Below, in pieces: positions 9,194 to 18,600 of a stretch of DNA of 64,000 bases; position 1 is the first letter of the stretch; every line of letters begins with the position of its first letter. This stretch comes from Candidatus Babeliales bacterium. GTDB lineage: Bacteria; Babelota; Babeliae; Babelales; JANWKD01. The notes beneath the pieces were generated by a model. It worked only from the letters and a program-made list of their open reading frames with translations, had not been told where the DNA came from and did no database searches. Made by a program: the position numbers and the translations under genes. The stretch is taken from assembly GCA_963722075.1 (NCBI GenBank), contig CAVRJM010000001.1, forward strand, positions 64,001 to 128,000, given 5' to 3'.

Positions 9194-12100
9194 TTATGGA
9201 TTAATATCAATATTATCAAAGCTTCCTGTTGTGCCTGTTGCTGGCAATACGGTACTAAAGCTGCCAGAAACAACGGGCAGTAGTGCAGAAACATAAGTAA
9301 CATCAAAGTTTGTACCATTGTTAAATGCAAAATTAGCACCAACAAGACTGGTGCTTGCATTAGTTGCAACATCTTGTATGCCAAAGCTTACAAATGGTCC
9401 TAAATTATTGGCTAATGAGTTGTTTTGTAGATAACAATTTATGCAGTTGGGTGGTGTTTGGAGATTATCATCCAATAGAATGCCATAACTGAATCCGTTG
9501 GTTGGATCATTTGCGATGTTATTATTACTGGTGCAATATTTTATCGAAGATCCTGTTTCGGCACGGAGTATAAATCCTGCAGCAGATGAGGTTGCTTGGT
9601 TATCTACTGCTACGCAGTATTCTAGCACATTTGCGGTACCCGTTGTGCATATATATCCTGCAGATTCTGTTATTCCTATATTGCCACTTGTTTGGCATTC
9701 TAGTATTTCTGAAGCAGTTTCATTTTCGAGGGAAAATCCATAAGCAGATTCTACGTTGGTAGTATTATTTGTTGAAACGCACTCTTTAAAGACATTGTTT
9801 GCTCCATCCATACTTGCAAATCCAATTGCAGAATCGCCAGCATTATTTGAAGCTTGGCAATTGATAAATACATTATTGCTTGATGAATTTAATACAACAC
9901 CAGCGCCTAATCCCACCGTATATCGAGTTATGTTATTGCCCAAATTACCATTGAATGTGCAATTTTCAATATAATTATCATTACTTCCAATAAGAGATAA
10001 ACCTGAGCTGAATTGGTTTGCAAGGTTACCATTCATAGTGCAATTGAAGAGTGTACAATTAGAACAGTTTAACAAGCCCACTCCAAAAACATCATTATTT
10101 AAATTTTGATTAAAAAGACTGTTTTTAATAACAAGATTAAAACAGTTGAATGCAAAGAGACCACCTAAATTTGAAAGAGTAAATCGAGTAAGCTCTCTAA
10201 ACAGTAACGTAGGAGGAGTATACATAAGTTGACTACAATAGAGCGCAGCACAATGTGTAATTCGTGAATTTACAATTGGGTCGGTATTGGTGGCTTGGGA
10301 AGCAACAAATCCATTGTCACCTAATTGAAAGCCATAAAAATCACAACTTAATGTCGTAATAGTATCAAGTTCTATATCATTTGAACCACCATTTACAACA
10401 ATACCCGCAATAAACATATTTTGTATTATACCATTTTTAATGGTTACATGGGTGGCTGTATCAATAAAAATTCCCGATGAAAGATTTCCAGGAAGCCCAC
10501 CCAGTTGTCTTTGGCAAAGATCGAGTGTTACATCATTTGCCATAATTTGAATTATGGAACTGTATGCAACTCCTGTTGATACAATATTTTCTTGTAAGAA
10601 GTAGTTGCCTGATGTGCTGATAATATAACTTCCTCCAGCAGCATCGACATCGGCTTGTGTAATTGGAATATTGGAGCAGTTTTTATTTACAATGCTGTTA
10701 AGTGCGGTGAAGGTACCATTAAATTCATTAGTGATGTTAGCGCAGCAAGCAGTGAGCGTATTGTTAATGGAGTTTAAAACAGTAAACGTCCCTGCAGATT
10801 CACTATTAATTGAGGTTACTGATGAGAGTATTGAATTTAATACGGTGAACGTACCACCAAAGTCAGTATTAAGAAGGGTGAAGACACCATTAAAGTCATT
10901 AGTTAAATTAGCGCAGCAGGTGGTTAAGCTATTATTAATAGAATTAAGAACGGTAAAGGTCCCGTTGAATTCTGAATTGATTAACGTAAATGTGCTATTG
11001 AAGCCAGTTTCAAGAACAGTGAAAGTGCCATTGAATTCATTAGCGATGTTAGCACAGCAAGCGGTCAATGTATTATTAATAGAATTGAGAACGGTAAAGG
11101 TACCAGCAGCTTCATTATTAATTGAGGTTACTGATGAGAGTATTGAATTTAATACCGTGAAAGTTCCACCAAAGTCAGTATTAAGAAGGGTGAAGACACC
11201 ATTAAAGTCATTAGTTAAATTAGCGCAGCACGTAGTTAAGGTAGAATCGATATCATTAAGTACTGTAAATACACCAGAAAGATCTACAGTAGCAGTTACC
11301 TTCAGGTTACTGAGTACGGTGAAGACACCATTAAAGTCATTTTCGATGGTAGCACAACACTCGGTAAGCGTATTATTAATATCATTTAAGACGGTAAAAG
11401 TACCATTGAAGTTGTATTGTGTTTGAGCACAGCAGGTGGTTAACGTAGTCTCGATATCATTAAGTACCGTAAACACACCAGAAAAATCAACCGTTGCAGT
11501 TATCGTCAAGTTATTAAGAACGGTGAAAACACCATTAAACTCATTGGTAATGTTAGCACAACAGGAAGTAAAAGTAGTTTCAATATCATTAAGAACGGTA
11601 AAGGTGCCATTGAAATTATTTTGTGTTTGAGCGCAACAAGTGGTTAAGGTAGTATTGATTTCACTCAGTGTCGTAAATACATCAGTAAAATCTACCGTTA
11701 CCGTTACCGTCAAATTATTAAGTACGGTAAAAACACCATTCAAATCGTTAATTATAATATTGCAGCATTCTACTTGATTTTGACAACATTGGTTAATAAT
11801 ATTTTGTAAGTTTCGTAAAATTTCTAAAATTTCAGAAAAATCACACACTAACGGTCCAACAATAGAACCATCCATAAAACCAGGTGCATCTGGGCGTGGT
11901 GCTCGTGAAAGCTGTTCTTGAATAGTAGGGTTACATATTTTTTCAATAATAAAAGATAATGATTGATTAAGATCATTAATTGGCAACATCGTGTTATCAG
12001 TATTGAGTATTTTATAACAATTAATGAAAGCTAATGGTATTTCATCAAGCAGGTTATTTTGATAACTATATTCAATAATGATGTTAAAGAGTTCTTTAAG

Positions 12101-12304
12101 ATTTAATCCTTTTAGATCTTCTTCTTTAATAGAAATACAAGGAGCATCTTTTTCAGGTAAGGGAAGAGAATTCTCTTCAATGGTATCTATTGGAAATTTT
12201 TCTAGCGGCCTATATTGGTACGGGAGCAGTACTAATGGTTGTAATAAGAGAGAAATTAATACCAATGAATCAAAAAAAAGTTTTATATTCTTTTGTGGCT
12301 TCAT
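9194..12304 (-). CDS. Cys-Cys repeat fibre protein B with C-terminal beta-helix (type 2) head
   Basis: Signal peptide, N-domain, ~390-aa TTCC/FNGTFT stalk, then YIISTSGNYFLQENI...ANDVTLDL and beta-helix repeats. Confidence 0.85.
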   Translation of the reverse strand: MKPQKNIKLFFDSLVLISLLLQPLVLLPYQYRPLEKFPIDTIEENSLPLPEKDAPCISIKEEDLKGLNLKELFNIIIEYSYQNNLLDEIPLAFINCYKILNTDNTMLPINDLNQSLSFIIEKICNPTIQEQLSRAPRPDAPGFMDGSIVGPLVCDFSEILEILRNLQNIINQCCQNQVECCNIIINDLNGVFTVLNNLTVTVTVDFTDVFTTLSEINTTLTTCCAQTQNNFNGTFTVLNDIETTFTSCCANITNEFNGVFTVLNNLTITATVDFSGVFTVLNDIETTLTTCCAQTQYNFNGTFTVLNDINNTLTECCATIENDFNGVFTVLSNLKVTATVDLSGVFTVLNDIDSTLTTCCANLTNDFNGVFTLLNTDFGGTFTVLNSILSSVTSINNEAAGTFTVLNSINNTLTACCANIANEFNGTFTVLETGFNSTFTLINSEFNGTFTVLNSINNSLTTCCANLTNDFNGVFTLLNTDFGGTFTVLNSILSSVTSINSESAGTFTVLNSINNTLTACCANITNEFNGTFTALNSIVNKNCSNIPITQADVDAAGGSYIISTSGNYFLQENIVSTGVAYSSIIQIMANDVTLDLCQRQLGGLPGNLSSGIFIDTATHVTIKNGIIQNMFIAGIVVNGGSNDIELDTITTLSCDFYGFQLGDNGFVASQATNTDPIVNSRITHCAALYCSQLMYTPPTLLFRELTRFTLSNLGGLFAFNCFNLVIKNSLFNQNLNNDVFGVGLLNCSNCTLFNCTMNGNLANQFSSGLSLIGSNDNYIENCTFNGNLGNNITRYTVGLGAGVVLNSSSNNVFINCQASNNAGDSAIGFASMDGANNVFKECVSTNNTTNVESAYGFSLENETASEILECQTSGNIGITESAGYICTTGTANVLEYCVAVDNQATSSAAGFILRAETGSSIKYCTSNNNIANDPTNGFSYGILLDDNLQTPPNCINCYLQNNSLANNLGPFVSFGIQDVATNASTSLVGANFAFNNGTNFDVTYVSALLPVVSGSFSTVLPATGTTGSFDNIDINP

Positions 12305-12343
12305 AACTAACGTCCTTTTTTAATAAATTAAATTTACTAAAAT

Positions 12344-12375
12344 TAATCATATTAGTTAAAAAAAGCACAAGAGTT
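12344..12375 (-). promoter_or_regulatory. Conserved upstream motif of fibre gene B
   Basis: Reverse complement AAACTCTTGTGC...AATATGATTA, matching the motif upstream of fibres A and C. Confidence 0.55.
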
Positions 12376-12495
12376 TAAAAAACAAAATAAAAATATCCCA
12401 TTCTCCTTTTTAAAGTCCAATGGTTTTGCCATAAGAAAATTTTTTATTTATCCTTTATGTAAAGCGTACAGATGCAAAAACTGAGGTATTTTTAG

Positions 12496-14418
12496 ATGAA
12501 TGATAAATTTTATATAACGACTCCTATATATTATGTTACTGCAAAACCACATCTGGGTTCCCTTTACTCGACTTTACTTGCTGATGTGATTATGCGTTGG
12601 CAAAAATTATTAGGCAAAAATACCTTTTTCTTAACGGGTACGGATGAGCATGGCCAAAAAATAGCGCAAGCAGCAGCTAAAGAAAAATTAGAACCAAAAA
12701 AATTTATTGATAGTTTTGTTCCATATTATAAGGGGTTATGGCGTCACTACCGATTGGATTATACCTATTTTATTCGTACCACTGATGAGCAACATGTAAA
12801 AGCAGTGCAGCTTTGGTTACAAAAGTTAATTGATAGCGGCGATATTTATAAAGATCATTATGAAGGATGGTACTGTGTCTCTGATGAGGCATTTGTTCCT
12901 GAAGCTGTTGACACTACTCAGGCTCCGGCCTGCCCTTTGTGTGGTCGTGAAACTATTATGGTTTCAGAAGAGTCATATTTTTTCCGCTTATCTGCGTATC
13001 AAGATCGTTTATTAGCATTTTATGAAGCACATCCTGATTTTATTGTACCGCATGAACGTGCGCAAGAAGTGATCAACTTTGTTAAATCAGGGTTACGTGA
13101 TTTAAGTATTTCACGTACTACCGTTACGTGGGGAATTCCCTTTCCGGATAATCAAAAGCATGTTACGTATGTATGGGCTGATGCGCTTAATAACTACATT
13201 ACGGCAATAGGGTATGGCCAACCAGAAAAAGAAAAAGAGTTTAATTACTGGTGGCCAGCTGATGTGCAAATCTTAGGAAAAGACATTTTGCGTTTTCATG
13301 CTATTTATTGGCCAGCGTTTTTAATGGCTTCTGATTTGCCGCTCCCAAAACAGCTATTAGTACATGGCTGGATAAAAGTAAATAATGAAAAGATGTCCAA
13401 ATCACGCCATAATGTGGTGGATCCAAAAATACTTGCTGATACCTATGGCGTTGATCAAATTAGATATTATTTAATGAGACAAATGTCTATTTCACAAGAT
13501 TCTAATTTTTCTATTGAGGAATTAGAACAGCGAATTACTGCTGATTTAGCATATGATTTGAGTAATTTATTAAATCGTATGTCTTCATTAACAGAAAAAA
13601 ATCAAATTTTTTCAATCCCGGTTCCAGCGCAATGGTCTCCTGAAGCCGTTGCTTTATACCAGCAAAGCATACAGATGCTTACTGAATTGCAATCACATAT
13701 GAATAATTACGTAGTTCATTTAGGATTAGCAACCATCTGGAAATTTATTGCTCAAGCAAATGCATTTTTTCATGCTCATGAACCATGGAAACTGATTAAA
13801 GAAGATAAAGAAAAATTTTTAGAAGTTTGTTCAGCCGTGTGCCATAGTTTGCGTACAATTAGTATGGCGTTATGGCCCGTAATGCCTTCTAGTATGGAGC
13901 AATTATTGCAAAGTTTAGGCGTGGTGACAGCTTTTGGAAATCAAACTAATCTTATTGAATTACTCATGCATGAATCATGGGATCACAGCTTTACAATTCA
14001 AAAAATTCCGGTTCTTTTTAATAAAATTGAGAAGCAAACGGAAGAAAAAGCAGAAGGAATTGCTCGGAATGACGTGGTAGAAGAACCTACTGTAATTGAA
14101 ATTACTGACTTTGCAAAAATGCAATTGCGTGTGGGCACCATTGATGAGTGTGAGACTATAGCAAAATCAGATAAATTGTATAAATTACAAGTTAATTTTG
14201 GCTCCTTAGGAACCAGACAGGTATTAAGCGGTATTCGTCATTTTTTTTCGCCTGAAGAATTAAAGAATAAACAGGCTGTTTTTGTTTATAATTTAAAACC
14301 GCGCCAAATGATGGGGTTGCAATCACAGGGAATGATTTTAACGGCTAAAGATGATGCAGGTAAATGTCATTTGATTGTTCCTCAACAATTGGTTCCTAAC
14401 GGTACACTTTTACAATAG
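12496..14418 (+). CDS. metG: Methionyl-tRNA synthetase with C-terminal tRNA-binding OB domain
   Basis: FYITTPIYY...PHLGS, TGTDEHGQKI, YVWADAL, GKDILRFH, KMSKS; C-terminal NLKPRQMMGLQSQGMIL. Confidence 0.98.
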   Translation: MNDKFYITTPIYYVTAKPHLGSLYSTLLADVIMRWQKLLGKNTFFLTGTDEHGQKIAQAAAKEKLEPKKFIDSFVPYYKGLWRHYRLDYTYFIRTTDEQHVKAVQLWLQKLIDSGDIYKDHYEGWYCVSDEAFVPEAVDTTQAPACPLCGRETIMVSEESYFFRLSAYQDRLLAFYEAHPDFIVPHERAQEVINFVKSGLRDLSISRTTVTWGIPFPDNQKHVTYVWADALNNYITAIGYGQPEKEKEFNYWWPADVQILGKDILRFHAIYWPAFLMASDLPLPKQLLVHGWIKVNNEKMSKSRHNVVDPKILADTYGVDQIRYYLMRQMSISQDSNFSIEELEQRITADLAYDLSNLLNRMSSLTEKNQIFSIPVPAQWSPEAVALYQQSIQMLTELQSHMNNYVVHLGLATIWKFIAQANAFFHAHEPWKLIKEDKEKFLEVCSAVCHSLRTISMALWPVMPSSMEQLLQSLGVVTAFGNQTNLIELLMHESWDHSFTIQKIPVLFNKIEKQTEEKAEGIARNDVVEEPTVIEITDFAKMQLRVGTIDECETIAKSDKLYKLQVNFGSLGTRQVLSGIRHFFSPEELKNKQAVFVYNLKPRQMMGLQSQGMILTAKDDAGKCHLIVPQQLVPNGTLLQ

Positions 14419-14420
14419 TA

Positions 14421-15698
14421 TTATGCCCATTGTTCTATCCAATTAATTGATGCATTGGCAAAAGTGGAAAGTCCGGTAATTAAATTATAAGCTGTTATCG
14501 TGAGCATATCTCCCGGGTATAATTCAATAATAAGATCATTTTCAGAAGAAGCAAAGGGAGCAACACTTCTGCGGAGCAAATTATTATTCAAACTGGTATT
14601 TGAAAAGGCAGTTAAAAATAATGAACCAGTACCGCTACTATAAGTGCCTGCGGTGCTTACGCTTACTACTGAGTTGCTATTAACCGCTGAAAAAGAGGTA
14701 CCGGTTACCGTTGCATTTTTATAAACATTAAAAACGGTAAACCCGTCAGCCGAGGCTTTAGTTAACAACGCTGATTGAGAAAAGGGAACACTGGTTTGAA
14801 TAAGGGTAATGACTACGGTAATTCTATTTGAAAAACTCTTAAAGGTATTATTATTTTTTATTGATATAAGATATGATTCAGTAGTTCCTATGGCAGCATT
14901 AAAAACTCCAGTGGTAAAAAAACGGTTGCCTGCTATATCATTTGTTGATTGAGTCGCATAATTCCATGATGCTGTTGCCAGTTCTAATATAGTTGCTCCA
15001 GCGGTTTTACTTACTTGAGCTGTTATGGGTAATTGTGGGTTAGAAAATATTGGTGAAGAAATAGTATTAGTTTTTTCGATAGTATGAAAAAGTATCCAGC
15101 TATTATGTTGACTTAAAATATAAAAATTTATTTCACTTGCTTCCCATCCCCAGGCAATTCTAAAAACATTTATATCTGCAGTATTAAGCGTGAAACCACT
15201 GTGTCCAGTGCCATTTAACGGATCTACATTAAATGAGCTTTGTGCAATGGTGGTGCTGGTACCATTATTACGATATAGAATTGAAAAGGTAGTATTATTA
15301 AATCCGATTGCTACGCCATCTGTTTGATTAAAAGGGCCAATCCATTGGGTGGAACTAGTAGCTGATCCATTAAGGAAGGCAGCAGTAAAAAAACAATCAG
15401 ATTCATGCCCGGGATGATATACTACTGATTCATTGCTTTGCACTTGTGCAAAGCCGGTGACTCCGGTACCGCTTGAGACAATCGCCATACTATTGGAACT
15501 CTGAACCGTGCCACTTGAAAAAGTAGAGGTAGTAACTTGATAGGAGGGAATACCATATTGAAATTCAACCACAATATAATCATCACGTGAAGAAACTAGT
15601 GTCTCTTCAAAGATGGAAGTAAACGCTGTTTGATCTTGCGCTTGTATTTGAATAATAAATAAAACAACAAATACAAATATATTTATTATACTATTCAT
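14421..15698 (-). CDS. Secreted stand-alone type 1 head protein (divergent paralog)
   Basis: ATG at 15698 overlaps the fibre C stop (TAATG). Signal peptide; YHPGHES, QWIGPF, VDPLNGTGHSGF, FRIAWGW; ends INWIEQWA. Confidence 0.85.
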   Translation of the reverse strand: MNSIINIFVFVVLFIIQIQAQDQTAFTSIFEETLVSSRDDYIVVEFQYGIPSYQVTTSTFSSGTVQSSNSMAIVSSGTGVTGFAQVQSNESVVYHPGHESDCFFTAAFLNGSATSSTQWIGPFNQTDGVAIGFNNTTFSILYRNNGTSTTIAQSSFNVDPLNGTGHSGFTLNTADINVFRIAWGWEASEINFYILSQHNSWILFHTIEKTNTISSPIFSNPQLPITAQVSKTAGATILELATASWNYATQSTNDIAGNRFFTTGVFNAAIGTTESYLISIKNNNTFKSFSNRITVVITLIQTSVPFSQSALLTKASADGFTVFNVYKNATVTGTSFSAVNSNSVVSVSTAGTYSSGTGSLFLTAFSNTSLNNNLLRRSVAPFASSENDLIIELYPGDMLTITAYNLITGLSTFANASINWIEQWA

Positions 15699-18600
15699 TA
15701 AAATTGTTCTTCCCATGAAAGTGCTGCAATAACTTCAATACTGGATCCTTGTAACGTTTCTCCCACTATCGTGAGAGTGTCTCCTGGATACAGTAAAATG
15801 GAAACCTCAGATGCAGGAATAAACGTTGAAACAGGCCCGCTGCCACTTGTTGAAACGGGCATAAAAAGTATGGTACTACCACCACTAACATAGGTTCCTA
15901 CCACACTATAGGCAATAACTGAGTTATTACCTATTGGGATATAACTGGTTCCCGAATTGGTCGCATTTATGAAGAAAGTAAATAATGCAGAAGCGGCTGA
16001 AGAGGTAGTAATTCCCCCGGAAAAAAATGAAACTCGTACAATTACTTTATTAGGAAGACTTTGGTAAGTAGTTTGGTTTTGAATGGAAAATACATAGGTT
16101 TGCCCGGTAAGAGAGATCTGGTTACTTGACCGTCCAAAAAAGCGGCTATTAGCTACGCTTGGTTGTCCTATAACGCCTGCATTCCATGAACCGGTTGAAA
16201 TGGTGGGGCTTGTACTGTTACTAGCTGTGTTAGTAACAATGGCACTAATAGGGAGTATGGGATTAGAAAAGGTGGGCGTTTGTGCGATATTTGCTCGATT
16301 TATTTGATGGAACGTAATCCAAGACCCATTGGTATCAAGTATTTGATAGATAATAGGGGCGGCGCCAAGCCATCCATAATCTATCCGAAACACATTAAGA
16401 TCATTTGGATTTAACACAAAACCGCTGGGGCCAGTACCATTAAGCGGATCCATATTAAATGAAGATTGGCCTACAATGGTATTAGAACTGTTTTGCCTAA
16501 ATAAAATGGAAAAGGTAGTACCATTAAATCCAACGGCAGCACCATCAACCGAATCAAAAACCCCAATCCATTGAGTTGAGTTCGCTGCGGATCCACTGAA
16601 CATTGCGCTAAAAAAGGCATACCCATCATGGCCAGAGCGATAGCGTAAATATTTTTTGCTCGATAATTGCGCGTATCCCGTGGTTCCCGTTCCAGAAGAT
16701 ATGGTAGCCATGCTAGAAGCAGAAGAAACTACACCAGAGGAGAAGGTAGAAGTAGTTGTATCGTAACCAGTAACGCCGTATTCAAATAAAACGCTTATAT
16801 AATCAAATCTATTTTCGGTAATTGCATCACCAAAAATAGAAACAAAGGGTGTTGGTTGGGTGGTTAAAGTGGTAATAACGCTATTAATTGCCGTGAAGGT
16901 GCTATTGAATCCATTGGTAATACTACTTTGTATGGTAGCCAGTGCAGTATAGGTGCCATTGAATTCATTGGTGATGGTGTTGCAGCACGTAGTGAGTGTA
17001 GTATTAAGCGCACTGAGAGCAGTGAATGTACTATTAAATTCGGTATTAAGAGCGTTGATGGCAGTGAAGGTACCAGCAAAATCAGTATTAATAGTTGTTT
17101 GAATACTGTTAAGAGCCGTGAAAGTACCATTAAATTCATTAGTAATGTTATTGCAGCAGGTAGTGAGTGTTGTATTTAAGGCATTAAGTGCAGTAAAGGT
17201 ACCATTGAACTCTGAATTAATTAAAGTGAAGGTGCTATTAAAACCAGTAGCAAGTGCAGTAAAGGTACCATTGAATTCATTGGTGATATTGTTGCAACAA
17301 GTGGTGAGTGTAGTATTAAGCGCACTGAGAGCAGTGAATGTACTATTAAATTCGGTATTAAGAGCGTTGATGGCAGTGAAGGTACCAGCAAAATCAGCAT
17401 TAATAGTGGTTTGAACAGCGCTAATGGCAGTTAATGTACCGTTAATGCTTTCTTGAGTTATAGAAATAAGACTAAAGGTATATTTAAACTGATTATCAAT
17501 ATCATTATCTAGAGCAGTAAGTGTTGTGAAAACGTTATTGAATTCAGTGCTCATAACAGTGAAGGTACCGTTAAAACCAGCAGCAAGAGCAGTATAGGTG
17601 CCGTTGAATTCATTGGTAATGTTATTGCAGCAGGTAGTGAGTGTTGTATTTAATGCATTAAGTGCAGTAAAGGTACCATTAGAAGCATTAGTGATTGAAT
17701 TAAGTACAGTAAAGGTACCATTGAACTCTGAATTAATTAACGTGAAGGTGCTATTAAAACCAGTAGCAAGTGCAGTAAAGGTACCATTGAATTCATTGGT
17801 GATGGTGTTGCAGCACGTAGTGAGTGTAGTATTAAGCGCACTGAGAGCAGTGAATGTGCTATTAAATTCGGTATTAAGAGCGTTGATGGCAGTGAAGGTA
17901 CCAGCAAAATCAGTATTAATAGTTGTTTGAATACTATTAAGAGCCGTGAAAGTACCATTAAATTCATTAGTAATGTTATTGCAGCAGGTAGTGAGTGTTG
18001 TATTTAAGGCATTAAGTGCAGTAAAGGTACCATTAGAAGCATTAGTGATTGAATTAAGCACGGTGAAAGTACTATTGAATTCTGAATTAATTAACGTGAA
18101 GGTGCTATTAAAACCAGTAGCAAGTGCAGTATAGGTACCATTAAATTCATTGGTGATATTGTTGCAACAAGTGGTGAGTGTAGTATTAAGCGCACTGAGT
18201 ACGGTGAATGTGCTATTAAATTCGGTATTAAGAGCGTTGATGGCAGTGAAGGTACCAGCAAAATCAGTATTAATAGTTGTTTGAATACTATTAAGAGCCG
18301 TGAAAGTACCATTAAATTCATTAGTAATGTTATTGCAGCAGGTAGTGAGTGTTGTATTTAAGGCATTAAGTGCAGTAAAGGTACCATTAGAAGCATTAGT
18401 GATTGAATTAAGCACGGTGAAAGTACTATTGAATTCTGAATTAATTAAAGTGAAGGTGCTATTAAAACCAGTAGCAAGTGCAGTATAGGTACCGTTAAAT
18501 TCATTGGTGATATTGTTGCAACAAGTGGTGAGTGTTGTGTTCAATGCACTGAGCGTAGTAAAGATACCAGAAAAATCTACGGTTGCAGTTACATTGAGAT

